Of a stretch of 64,000 nt of DNA, positions 1-9,358 are shown piece by piece; position 1 is the stretch's first letter, and the number at the start of each line of letters is the position of its first letter. The translations under genes and the position numbers were made by a program. The notes under the pieces are model-generated. The model was not told where the DNA came from and did not search any database. It saw nothing but the letters and a program-made list of their open reading frames with translations. Source of the DNA: an uncultured Rickettsiales bacterium (GTDB lineage Bacteria; Pseudomonadota; Alphaproteobacteria; RF32; CAG-239); assembly GCA_900551865.1 (NCBI GenBank), contig URXV01000004.1:5597-69596 (forward strand). The letters run 5' to 3'.

Positions 1-72
1 GGCAAGCTCAATCTGGCGACGTCCATTGAAATGCAGGCTGCACGCATTGCCCAGTCATTGCCTGTCTTCTGA
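1..72 (+). CDS. 3' end of an unidentified CDS entering from upstream of the window
   Basis: Frame 1 is open from base 1 to TGA at 70-72 (..GKLNLATSIEMQAARIAQSLPVF*). Only 23 codons are visible and no family is recognisable. Confidence 0.2.
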   Translation, partial: GKLNLATSIEMQAARIAQSLPVF

Positions 73-160
73 TTTTTCAATTTTCAAATTACTAATTCAG
101 GCTTACGTTGTGATAATTTTGAATTGTATACCGAAAACCGTGTTGCTGCAGCCAAGACAG

Positions 161-829
161 TCATTTTATCGACCAGATTAAAGTATTCCCTGTATCAGCG
201 CAGAAGTCCTTGCTGGCGTATTTCTTTACCGGCAGAGAGTTCTCTCCGCCCCAGCTGAACAAATATGTTCCGGAAGAGTTGACTATTGTGATTTGTTCCA
301 CAACGACAAGTTCTTCCTTTGATAATATGCTTTCAGCGTAAGATATGCACTGAGCTTTGTTTAAGCCTGAAGCAACAATATCAAAAGTTGAAACGCGGGG
401 CATAACGGTTTCGGCTTTTTCTCCCGAACCAACCAAAACATTTAGCCCTCCGTCAAGAATAATTTTATTTCCGTGTATATATCGTTGAGATAAGACGTTG
501 CCTGTAATAAGATACTTTGTAGAAAGTCCCCAATAATCCGGCTTATCGGCATAATACGACCGAATTTCTTTCGAAAGTTCGAAAATGTCTTTCATATTGC
601 GTTCAATTTTTTCCTGTGAAGTCGAACAGGCATAAAACCCCGCAACAACAATTGCCATCGGAACAATCGCTTTGATAATAGTTTCCCGGTTACTGGCAAC
701 ATAAGCTTTAACCATTGGAATTCTACGGATAATATCCTCTTTATACTTCAGAAAAATATCAGTGCCCTGAATTTTGATATTTTTCAGTCGGGACATAATA
801 TTATCAAAATTGTCCTTATTAAACGCCAT
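161..829 (-). CDS. Pilin-like protein, candidate subunit of the type IVb pilus (PilS position), non-canonical N-terminus
   Basis: Last gene of the pilus operon, directly after the GspF-like gene. It has one hydrophobic helix (IIKAIVPMAIVVAGFYA) after a ~45-aa leader. A C-terminal Cys pair about 50 residues apart (AQCISYA ... DFCADTG) resembles the D-region disulfide of type IV pilins. No canonical Gly(-1)/Glu(+5) prepilin site is present. Confidence 0.35.
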   Translation of the reverse strand: MAFNKDNFDNIMSRLKNIKIQGTDIFLKYKEDIIRRIPMVKAYVASNRETIIKAIVPMAIVVAGFYACSTSQEKIERNMKDIFELSKEIRSYYADKPDYWGLSTKYLITGNVLSQRYIHGNKIILDGGLNVLVGSGEKAETVMPRVSTFDIVASGLNKAQCISYAESILSKEELVVVEQITIVNSSGTYLFSWGGENSLPVKKYASKDFCADTGNTLIWSIK

Positions 830-863
830 TGCCGCTTATTCCTGCTTCATTACCTCGGTCTTA

Positions 864-1985
864 TTATCCCATAGCGCTGGTAATCTGGTCTTGCATTTCA
901 AATACGCCAAACACCGCCCATGCAATAATACCGGAAATTGCAAACATTGCCACCATGTTCAAAATAGATGCTTTTTGTTCGACAGCCTCGGCCGATTCAT
1001 CCAGCCAGTCATTGGCAAGTCTGTCCAGTGCCTCTTCAAAGTTATCCAATTCGGCATAAATACGCAGGTCGGCAACAATCTCCTTATCCGGGAAATTTAA
1101 TTTGGATTTGGATAATGCTTGCCCCAGGTTATCGCCGTTTTTAATAAAATCCATTGCCCGGTCAATTCGTTCGCGCAAATAACGGTTTGAATCTTTTCTC
1201 AATGACGTCAGTGCCACGGAAATCGGCACGCCGCCTTTAATCAAGGCAGAAAGGGATAACAGCCAGGTAATTCCCATAAACATCTTGTACAAAGACCACG
1301 GCGGACAGTCGTCAATGGCTTTGCGCGTCGGGCCGGTCCAAATGCCGATTGTCGCATAAATTAATGCAAATATTGCCGGAAAAAACGCAAATGCCAACAA
1401 CCAGTTCTTTTGAATCCATAAAGATACGGCAACCAAATCCTTAGCCGTACCGGACCAGCGGGCATTCGGTGCGGCGTCCATCATTGGCGGAACCATGTAT
1501 GCGCCGATAGCATAAATAACCAATACAGACATAAGTAGCAGAAAGGAAGGATAAGCAATTGCCCCGATAATCGGTTTTAGCATTTTTTCCGTACCTTCGG
1601 CAACTTTAATTAAGTTCATTAATGCGCTTTCAAGGTCAGACATATCGCCCACCGAAAGCATCAGACGCTCTCGGCTCGGAGCCCAGCCTTTCAGTGCATC
1701 GGAAAACGCATTACCATTCTGCAGTGCCTTACCCCATGATGCAATTGCAATAGCCATTGGCTCGCCGGGATTTTTTCCGTTATCGGTAATACTGTCATAC
1801 ATAATATCAAGGGCATTCATCAATGAAAAACGGTTTCTCAACAATGAAGCTAGCTTTTTATACACTTTTAATCGGGCTTTGCCTGCCATTCCCACTCTGA
1901 ACTGGGCAAAGGAAACCTCCAGCGCACCCAAAGATTTCATCGCTTTATTAAAAGAACCGTTGCTTGTCTCCTCTTTTTTAGCCAT
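864..1985 (-). CDS. GspF/PilC-family inner-membrane platform protein (PilR in R64 thin-pilus naming)
   Basis: 373 aa with hydrophobic segments in a GspF-like arrangement (AYPSFLLLMSVLVIYAIGAY, LLAFAFFPAIFALIYATIGIW, MVAMFAISGIIAWAVFGVF). It lies 11 nt downstream of the GspE ATPase gene. Confidence 0.8.
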   Translation of the reverse strand: MAKKEETSNGSFNKAMKSLGALEVSFAQFRVGMAGKARLKVYKKLASLLRNRFSLMNALDIMYDSITDNGKNPGEPMAIAIASWGKALQNGNAFSDALKGWAPSRERLMLSVGDMSDLESALMNLIKVAEGTEKMLKPIIGAIAYPSFLLLMSVLVIYAIGAYMVPPMMDAAPNARWSGTAKDLVAVSLWIQKNWLLAFAFFPAIFALIYATIGIWTGPTRKAIDDCPPWSLYKMFMGITWLLSLSALIKGGVPISVALTSLRKDSNRYLRERIDRAMDFIKNGDNLGQALSKSKLNFPDKEIVADLRIYAELDNFEEALDRLANDWLDESAEAVEQKASILNMVAMFAISGIIAWAVFGVFEMQDQITSAMG

Positions 1986-1996
1986 TGGTCGTACCT

Positions 1997-3667
1997 CTAG
2001 TATACCGGACGTTGGTCAATCAAACCGCACCAGCGTTCGACTTCGTCCATATCAATCTGTCCTTTAATCATTCTTTCTATAGCGGCATCTTTTAACGGGC
2101 GTCCGTTTAACTCGCTGACCCAGTAGTCGATGGCCTTGGCGGTTTCATTGTCAATCATCAGGCGCAGAAAACGTGAATCCGGCAAAATAATTTCGTCAAC
2201 AGCCATTCTGCCTTTAAATCCTTTATATCCGCAGGCTTTGCACCCCGGACCACTGACATAAACGTTTTCAATGCCATAATCGCCCAAAGCATTACGTAAT
2301 CGCTCAAACTCGGGTGTTCCTTCTTTCGTTTTGATGGATTGCCTGCAATTGGGACACAATTTACGGAACAAACGTTGAGATACCAACCCCTTTACCAATT
2401 CAGGGTCGTTTAACAAATACGGTTGAATTCCCATATCGCGCAAACGCGTAACAATTGCCGGTGCAGAGTTGGCGTGAAGCGTTGTCCACACGCCGTGACC
2501 AGAAAGGGCGCCTTTAAAAGTCAATTCTGCCGTAGACAAGGAACGCGTTTCACCAACCAGAATAACATCAGGGTCGGAACGGAGTGCCGCAGACAAAGCT
2601 TTTGTAAATTGTTCGTTTTTCTCTTCTTCGGTATTGGCGTTTGTAACCGGCATTTGTCGCGCGCCCGGAATAGGATACTCAGGAGGATCCTCCACCGTCA
2701 GCAGGTTAATCTGATAGTTTTTTTCTTGTAATAGTTTAATTAGATTTCGTTGCAAGGTTGTTGATTTGCCGGAACCGGTCGGCCCGGCCACAACATTCAG
2801 GCCTACCGCCATACTGCGCATTTTATAAAATAAATCTTCTTCGTATTTGCCTAGGCCGAGCGAGCGTAAATCCGAACTTCCTTCCGGATTGTCATCGGCA
2901 TAAAGCAAACGCATAACCAGATATTGCGAACCAAACGCAATAGGGTTAAATTGTAAACGAATAGCCAAAACGTTATGCGGCAGCATCAATTTGCCTTTAG
3001 AACCACGCAAAGGAGTCGAACCAAGTTTTTGCGCACCTTGAAATTCGTTTTGCGAGTAGTTGGAGTCCGAAATATCCGCTGACGCAAAAACCGAACGGAC
3101 AAAAGCTTCGCCCCATTCGCCGCCATATTCGTTCTGTTTAACCATAATGCCGTTTTCACGAAACAATACCGTCGACGAAGAGCCAACAACAATATGTACG
3201 TCAGATACTTTCTTTTGCGAAGCGCGTTGAATAATATTGATGAAATCGATTTGCATTTGCATATCTTCAGCTTCTTCTGCAGATACATCAACAGTACCTG
3301 CACCGCGTTCTGCATATGCATAAATTGCCGCAATTTCATTTAGAGTAACATAGCGCGGCGCTTTAATCGGAATTTTTCTTCTTTTAACATTTGCTTCAAA
3401 GTTATATACTGCACCGTCAAAACGGTTGTCTTTCGATACCAGATAAGTTCCGTCGGAAAACAAGGCTAATAAGCGGCGTGTTTCATTGGATATCGCAAAT
3501 TCAGAACCATTAACCGTCAGCAATTTGTTATTATTTGCAAACAGCTGGTCAAATAAATTAACTTTTTTAACCTGAGAAGCTCCGGAATCTTCTTCTTCAA
3601 AGTTCGATTCCGCAGTTTTCTTCTCAAGTTCTTTTTCGTCTTTTTTTACTTCTTCCGCCATTTTCAA
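1997..3667 (-). CDS. GspE/PilB-family type IV pilus assembly ATPase (PilQ in R64 naming)
   Basis: Walker A GPTGSGKST, Walker B/Asp box DPDVILVGETR, His box GHGVWTTLHA, and a tetracysteine motif CPNC..CKAC. Confidence 0.9.
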   Translation of the reverse strand: MKMAEEVKKDEKELEKKTAESNFEEEDSGASQVKKVNLFDQLFANNNKLLTVNGSEFAISNETRRLLALFSDGTYLVSKDNRFDGAVYNFEANVKRRKIPIKAPRYVTLNEIAAIYAYAERGAGTVDVSAEEAEDMQMQIDFINIIQRASQKKVSDVHIVVGSSSTVLFRENGIMVKQNEYGGEWGEAFVRSVFASADISDSNYSQNEFQGAQKLGSTPLRGSKGKLMLPHNVLAIRLQFNPIAFGSQYLVMRLLYADDNPEGSSDLRSLGLGKYEEDLFYKMRSMAVGLNVVAGPTGSGKSTTLQRNLIKLLQEKNYQINLLTVEDPPEYPIPGARQMPVTNANTEEEKNEQFTKALSAALRSDPDVILVGETRSLSTAELTFKGALSGHGVWTTLHANSAPAIVTRLRDMGIQPYLLNDPELVKGLVSQRLFRKLCPNCRQSIKTKEGTPEFERLRNALGDYGIENVYVSGPGCKACGYKGFKGRMAVDEIILPDSRFLRLMIDNETAKAIDYWVSELNGRPLKDAAIERMIKGQIDMDEVERWCGLIDQRPVY

Positions 3668-3704
3668 ATATCCATAAACAATAATTCAATACGGTGTCAG
3701 AGGC

Positions 3705-5288
3705 TTATTTTTTGCTCTTTTCATCAGTTAGCCCCAAGGTCGGAACATAACCGTCAATGCTCCTGCCGACATATAAATAGTCATCGCTGCCGTCTCTGCT
3801 GAATTTTGCATAATCAGAGCCTATTTCGCTGAGAATATGTCCGGACGGCAGAGGTGAGCCAACCTTTAATGACAACGGTTGTCCGTCAATATCAATAACA
3901 TCAACAGTCATATTTCCGGCTCTTCCGCTGATGCCAAGAATGGCATATTTTGAACTCAGTTTTTCGGGAGCCTCTTCTTCAATCGGTTCTTCCGTTTCGG
4001 AGCTGATTGCAGAAACAGCTGCAGCATTGGCTGCAAGCACGGCAGCATTTGCGGCATTTTTATCCTTTAATTCCTCAATCGACTGCGATTTCAGATAAAG
4101 GCTGTTCTTGGCATTTTTTATAATTTGTGCATCTGCCTCAACCCTTTTGCGCAGTTGTTCGTTTCTTGCTTTCAAATTTTTGACGATTCGCTCAAAATTA
4201 GCCCGTGCTGCTTCTGCAACCTGAATATTTTTTGCCGAAGCTTCCAAAACTTTATTGATTCTCTGTTTAAAGAGCTCGATAAGTTCTTTCTTTTCTTCCT
4301 CCATCGCAGAAATCTGCGCATAAAGGTTTTCTTTCTCTTTCAGCCATTCCTGTTGGTTAACCAGCATTTGGTTCATATAGGCGTTCAGCAGCTTTCTTTG
4401 TTTCAAAACCTCAAATAGCTGTTCTTTGTCCAGCAATGCCTGCTTTTCCTGAAGAACCTGTGCTTCAATCTTTTTTTGCCGTTCCAAATCCTGAAGGCGC
4501 TGTTCTTCTTTTTGGCGGGCAAGATCATCAATATTTTTTTGCCGTATAGCCTTTTGTGCTTCAATTTCATTGCGAATTTTTTCCCGCCGCAATTCAAGCG
4601 TTAACAATGTCGTACTTTTTTCAATTTCAGACATTTGGGAAAACAAATCGCTGTCCATTTGCGATAATACGCTGTTTCCCAAAGCTTCAACCGGGTTTGC
4701 TTTATATTGGATATCTTTCGGCAAATCGGCATCGTTGATAGATGCTCCTCCTGTCTTGGACGCTGGCGCCGCATTATTGGCATTTTGCTGAGCCGGGGCA
4801 TTAATTGACTTCATTTTCAAGTCAAAATTAAAATCTTCTTTTGCTTGCGCCTGATTTTGCTGAGGTAAAGGAGCCGACACTGCTGTAGGCTGCGCAGCAG
4901 AAGTGTTTTTTGCCGCAGAAGAAACGGCAGCGTTATTTTGTGCTGGAGAAACAGGCGCATTTGCATTGGAATTGTCGGAAATTTTTGCATCTGCCGTATT
5001 TCCAGCGGCAGAAACTGAGTTGTTTGATCCGGCAGAACCGGTTTGCACGGTGGTATTTGCAACAGCCTTGGCTCTGGACGGGGAAACCAGTGCATTTGCG
5101 GGTTTATTCTGTTCAGACACGGCTTTTGCCGTTTCCTGATTGGAAACGTTAATAGGCAGGTTGGCTTCGTTAATCGAAACTACGGCCGCATTTACGGTTT
5201 GAACCTGCGCAGCACTCGCAAAAGCTATTGACACTGCCAGCCCTAAAAATCTGTTTTTGCTTTTACTGAACATAAATTGTCCCCTCAT
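3705..5288 (-). CDS. PilP-like pilus biogenesis protein with long low-complexity and coiled-coil insertion
   Basis: Contains a signal/anchor sequence (LGLAVSIAFASAAQVQTVNA) and an Ala/Asn/Ser/Gln-rich region. About 200 aa of charged heptads follow (QKEEQRLQDLERQKKIEAQVLQEKQ). The C-terminal beta-domain (KYAILGISGRAGNMTVDVIDIDGQPLSLKVGSPLPSGHILSEIG) resembles PilP. It sits between the PilO-like and ATPase genes. An alternative start is at 5273. Confidence 0.45.
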   Translation of the reverse strand: MRGQFMFSKSKNRFLGLAVSIAFASAAQVQTVNAAVVSINEANLPINVSNQETAKAVSEQNKPANALVSPSRAKAVANTTVQTGSAGSNNSVSAAGNTADAKISDNSNANAPVSPAQNNAAVSSAAKNTSAAQPTAVSAPLPQQNQAQAKEDFNFDLKMKSINAPAQQNANNAAPASKTGGASINDADLPKDIQYKANPVEALGNSVLSQMDSDLFSQMSEIEKSTTLLTLELRREKIRNEIEAQKAIRQKNIDDLARQKEEQRLQDLERQKKIEAQVLQEKQALLDKEQLFEVLKQRKLLNAYMNQMLVNQQEWLKEKENLYAQISAMEEEKKELIELFKQRINKVLEASAKNIQVAEAARANFERIVKNLKARNEQLRKRVEADAQIIKNAKNSLYLKSQSIEELKDKNAANAAVLAANAAAVSAISSETEEPIEEEAPEKLSSKYAILGISGRAGNMTVDVIDIDGQPLSLKVGSPLPSGHILSEIGSDYAKFSRDGSDDYLYVGRSIDGYVPTLGLTDEKSKK

Positions 5289-6555
5289 AATTCCATACGC
5301 CGTTATTATAACGTATATTATTAACCTTAAGTCCTGAAAATTTTGTTAACATCGGCTTCCAAATTTCGGGATCATACTTCGAATTAATTCTAAAGTTTAA
5401 AAAATTATATACCTTATTGCCGGCTTTTACTTTTCCGTTAGATAAAGAAATGCTCATATTCAGAGTCTGAAACAGGTCGTTTATCATATTTCTTAATTCG
5501 GACATCGTTTTTTTCGGAATCGAATTGACCTTCTTAACAGACTGAAACGGCATTGATATCGTAACGGTATTGCCCCTGTCGTCTATTGATTTATTGGTAA
5601 AGGTCATACCGGAATAGGATAAAGACATTTCAATCCATGACAATCTTCCGAATTCTCTTTTCCATGAAGTAACGGCCCCGGACGCCGAACAGGTAACGCC
5701 GCCATTCTTCCATCCCGGAGTCGATATGGCTACCAACGACTGAATGCTGTTACGACAATTGTCCAGCAGCCAAGTTGTATCAACCATGGATTCCCACGGT
5801 GCAGGAACGATTTTTTCCACTTCCTTGACGACTTTTTTCTTAGCCCTTCTGGTAACGACTTTGTTTTCTTGTGTTTTCGTTGCAAAAAAAGTATTGGCAA
5901 TAAACATGACAAGCCATGCGCCGGCTGCAATAGAAAGGACGACGACAATTGCCAGCTCTGCGCCGCGCAAAGCGTTAATCTTTTCCAGTTGGACGTCCAA
6001 ACCTTGCGAAAACACCTCAGAAATGTCTTTCTGCTCGGTTTCGTCGATTCCCCATTCGGCCGGTGCAATCTTTTTTGACCAGTCAGGAACGGAAAGCATC
6101 GACATAAACTGCTCTTTGGCGTCTTCTTCTTTGACGAACAAAACATCGCCGTCGGACAAAATAACATCGTTTCTGACACAAAGGTACCAATAGCCGGCAT
6201 CTACTTTAAAAACAGCCAAAAGGGAACTTGCATCGCTCATAGATGTAACCGCAGTTACCGCGGCAACATTCATTCCCTTTTTAAAGCCTTGGGAAGAAAC
6301 AGCCAATCCAAGCTGAGGGGATTTGCCGTGCTTGACGCAAAACAAATCTGCCCCGACCAAAACATTTTCGGCAGCCTCTTTCGCATCAAGAAAAGGGGCA
6401 TCAACGTTTTGCAGGCTTTCCCAGAAAATGCTTGCAGCATACTGTATACCGTCAACCGTAAAGCTTGACGCCCACTCTTTGCTGTTTTCCCGGGAAGGTT
6501 CAGCAGATAAATCTAATGCGCTATCCTCTTCTTCAGCCACGGTTCTCTCCCTCAA
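5263..6555 (-). CDS. PilO-like (type IVb PilO/PilO2) bitopic pilus assembly protein
   Basis: 430 aa with a single central TM (LAIVVVLSIAAGAWLVMFIANTFFA). Size and position immediately after the secretin match R64/PAPI-1 pilO. It has a 4-nt ATGA overlap with the secretin gene. Confidence 0.5.
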   Translation of the reverse strand: MRERTVAEEEDSALDLSAEPSRENSKEWASSFTVDGIQYAASIFWESLQNVDAPFLDAKEAAENVLVGADLFCVKHGKSPQLGLAVSSQGFKKGMNVAAVTAVTSMSDASSLLAVFKVDAGYWYLCVRNDVILSDGDVLFVKEEDAKEQFMSMLSVPDWSKKIAPAEWGIDETEQKDISEVFSQGLDVQLEKINALRGAELAIVVVLSIAAGAWLVMFIANTFFATKTQENKVVTRRAKKKVVKEVEKIVPAPWESMVDTTWLLDNCRNSIQSLVAISTPGWKNGGVTCSASGAVTSWKREFGRLSWIEMSLSYSGMTFTNKSIDDRGNTVTISMPFQSVKKVNSIPKKTMSELRNMINDLFQTLNMSISLSNGKVKAGNKVYNFLNFRINSKYDPEIWKPMLTKFSGLKVNNIRYNNGVWNYEGTIYVQ

Positions 6556-8162
6556 AATTTCATACGCGACTCAGGCATCAACGGTGATTCCAAAACAACA
6601 GGGGTCAGCAAGATAACTACAATGCTGCGCGTCTTTTCAACTTTTTCATGACCACCCAAAATATTGTTGTTGACCGGTCCCAAGCCTGCCTTGTCGCTGG
6701 ATGTTTCAACTCTTTCATAACCGGAAAGGACTAACGTTTCGCCGGATTTCAAAGCGACTTCCTGCGAAAATCCTCGTTCTTCAATAATCGGGTTTTGAAT
6801 GTATCCGGATTCTTCAGAACTGTCGAGGTTGACGTTTTCCAAATCAAGCAAATCGGAAAGGTTCAGGCTGAACAGCATCATCAACCGGCCGTGATCCATA
6901 ATTCTCGGCAAAACATCAAGCGTGAAACCTGTTTCAATTTCTTCCGTTTCAACCGTAACGTCATAACTGGCTTCGCCGCCGACGGTACCATTGTTCGTTT
7001 TGGTATATTCAGAAATATAATTCTGTGTTTTAACGACCTGAATTGGTGCCGGCTTGTTGTTCATTGTCGTAACCGTGCCGCTTGTAACCAGCGTCGTTAC
7101 GCCCTGTGTTGACAATGCCTGAATAGCGGCATTAACGGTAACGTCTCCGCTTAAAATCTTCATTGACATACCGCTGTTTCCGTCAACCAGTCCTGTAGGA
7201 CCGAAGTTGTTGTCCCCCAGCGTGATATTGCCGCCGGAAGCCGTTCTGTCCTTAAATGCCGCATCAAGGTCAAAGCCGAATCCCCTCGATTCGTCAACCT
7301 CAACCTGCAACACTTTGACGCTAATGGCAACTTGACGGGACAATCTTATATTCTGTTCATTGACAAATTTTGAAACCTTTTTGATTTCAGTCGGGGTTGC
7401 CGTAATTGTCAATGTACCGTTCATCGGATCCGTAACCAGGCTGGAACCTGCGCCAAGCATTGATTTTACGGCCGTCACGATATTCGCCCACAAGTCAATG
7501 CTTGAAATGCCGCTGGTAATACTGCCGCCGCCCGAAGAACTGCTGACGCTTGAAGTCATAGACGGTTTTGTCGGCAGCGTATACAGCGTAAACGTTTTAG
7601 TGGTATATTTATAAATGTATATCTCTCCGTGTTCATATTTCCACCAAACGCCGAAATGAGAGCAAACTTCGTCCAGCAATCCGCTTAAGGAGCCTTTGTA
7701 GGAAACAAGCATTCTTGACGTGTCAGACCATTTTGAACCGACTTTCGATACTGTCGGAGCATTTTTGTCTGCTGCAGCCTTAGCTGCGCCTTCAATTTGC
7801 GGAGCAAACCTGATTTTAATTGATGTAATCTGGCTAATCATATTGCCGATTTCATATAATGTTATAGGACGGTTGCTGACCAGGGTAACACCATCAGCAG
7901 CTTCGAGATAACCGGGCAGAGGCTTGTCGCCTTCATATTCTATCTCGCTCGTATCACCCAGCCAGATATCGTCTTTAATACGAATAACGTCTGTATCGGC
8001 AACTGTTTGCGGAGCTTTTGCATCTTCTTTGTACTTTATAGTCGCATCCACATCTCTTTCTATTGCAGCATCATAGTCGGTCGGTAGAGAACAAGAGGCC
8101 ACGCCCATAAGCAAAATGCCGGCAAATCCTGTCAAATATTTTCTGTTAGTATGCATTCTCAT
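6552..8162 (-). CDS. Lipoprotein secretin of the type IVb pilus (PilN-like)
   Basis: Lipobox MGVASC. The C-terminal secretin domain shows typical blocks (VTTLVTSGTVTTMNNKPAPIQVV, GFTLDVLPRIMDHGRLMMLFSLNLSDL, SGETLVLSGYERVE). Confidence 0.8.
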   Translation of the reverse strand: MRMHTNRKYLTGFAGILLMGVASCSLPTDYDAAIERDVDATIKYKEDAKAPQTVADTDVIRIKDDIWLGDTSEIEYEGDKPLPGYLEAADGVTLVSNRPITLYEIGNMISQITSIKIRFAPQIEGAAKAAADKNAPTVSKVGSKWSDTSRMLVSYKGSLSGLLDEVCSHFGVWWKYEHGEIYIYKYTTKTFTLYTLPTKPSMTSSVSSSSGGGSITSGISSIDLWANIVTAVKSMLGAGSSLVTDPMNGTLTITATPTEIKKVSKFVNEQNIRLSRQVAISVKVLQVEVDESRGFGFDLDAAFKDRTASGGNITLGDNNFGPTGLVDGNSGMSMKILSGDVTVNAAIQALSTQGVTTLVTSGTVTTMNNKPAPIQVVKTQNYISEYTKTNNGTVGGEASYDVTVETEEIETGFTLDVLPRIMDHGRLMMLFSLNLSDLLDLENVNLDSSEESGYIQNPIIEERGFSQEVALKSGETLVLSGYERVETSSDKAGLGPVNNNILGGHEKVEKTRSIVVILLTPVVLESPLMPESRMKF

Positions 8163-9252
8163 TCTCCATTGTTTCTATAACTATAACGCGGTTGCCTTTA
8201 TAATACGTTGCAATTGGTGCCGGTCTGGCTCTTGCAAATGCTCTGATTAAAGCTGAACTGACATCTGCAAATTTTCCTTTGAACATAACGCCTGCGCTTA
8301 AAATGTAATTGCGGTTCGTGTTCCAAAGCAGTTTCCAACCGGACATGGCGCTCCATTTCGTCAGCAATTCGCGCAGATTCTCACCTTCTTCGGCTTCCCA
8401 GGTCAGAACCGTATCGTCGCCGACCTGAATTTCATTAATGTCAACATCTGCCAGCAATTCTTTTTTGTTGCCGACATCGGTAAACTCAATATTCTCATCG
8501 TCAATATAATCGGCAATGTCAAAAGATTCTTCCGTAAATTCCGAAGTGATAACGTCGTCATCCATAATGTCGTCGCATTCTTCTTCGCAGACAATCTCGT
8601 AAGTTGAGCCGTCATTTATAACACTTTTCTTTGTTTCTTTCAATTCAATGTTGTCAGCGTGCCCGATTTCATTTTTAGGGGCGCCTGCAGGCTTGCGGAT
8701 AACAACTTTCCCGCTGGCTGTTTTTATCGGCTTAGGTTCAACCTTTAAAGGCTTCTGAGAATTTTGAGACTTCTGGGCTCTTTCGGCGGTCTGGGAGGCA
8801 GCCGGAGCGTAGTCTGCCGGATTCGTCTCCAGATTTAATGTTCCCGTTTCGCTGAAAATGCCGTCGTCCACCGTATATTTACGGTTGCTGTTTCTTCTGA
8901 CCGTATCGCCGACCGTTACGGGCTTGGTAACAATATCTTCTTCAATCCCCGGCTGAATCGTTGCCGTCAGATTATTGCCTGCAGACGACTGGGTGTAAAG
9001 ATGGTCTCTTTTGGTACGCTCGCCGTAAGCTCTGTAGTCAGCTTCCGTTTTTGTATAGTTTACCAACGCCGTGTCATTGCAGCTGATGCCGTTAACGCCA
9101 CAGCGGTCATAAGGGTTGATTGTTGCATCAATAACCGGCGCTTCTTCGGCTGTCAACGTATCTGTCTGCCCGTTGCTGCCGGAGAAGGAACCGCAGGCGG
9201 ACACGCCGCAAATACAGACTAAACAAAACGGTAATAAAAAATTCTTTTTCAT
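8146..9252 (-). CDS. PilL/TcpQ-like pilus lipoprotein
   Basis: Probable start is MKKNFLLPFCLVCICGVSAC (lipobox VSAC); the ORF is open to 9282. The C-terminal block LRELLTKWSAMSGWKLLWNTNRNYILSAGVMFKGKFADVSSALIRAF resembles the TcpQ/PilL C-terminal domain. It overlaps the secretin gene by 17 nt. Confidence 0.6.
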   Translation of the reverse strand: MKKNFLLPFCLVCICGVSACGSFSGSNGQTDTLTAEEAPVIDATINPYDRCGVNGISCNDTALVNYTKTEADYRAYGERTKRDHLYTQSSAGNNLTATIQPGIEEDIVTKPVTVGDTVRRNSNRKYTVDDGIFSETGTLNLETNPADYAPAASQTAERAQKSQNSQKPLKVEPKPIKTASGKVVIRKPAGAPKNEIGHADNIELKETKKSVINDGSTYEIVCEEECDDIMDDDVITSEFTEESFDIADYIDDENIEFTDVGNKKELLADVDINEIQVGDDTVLTWEAEEGENLRELLTKWSAMSGWKLLWNTNRNYILSAGVMFKGKFADVSSALIRAFARARPAPIATYYKGNRVIVIETMENENAY

Positions 9253-9358
9253 GTTTTGACCTATCTTTAAATCCAATCTCAATCAACCATAAATATTAAA
9301 ATTTAATTAATCAAGCTTAACACTTTATTTATAAGACGTTTATTTGTGGTAAAACGTT

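Noticed and set aside
2986-3339. Alternative-frame ORFs within the pilus genes (2986-3339, 4125-5231, 5730-6200, 6795-7112 and others)
   Set aside because: They are fully embedded in longer ORFs that carry clear family motifs (GspE ATPase, secretin and so on), and they have no independent support.
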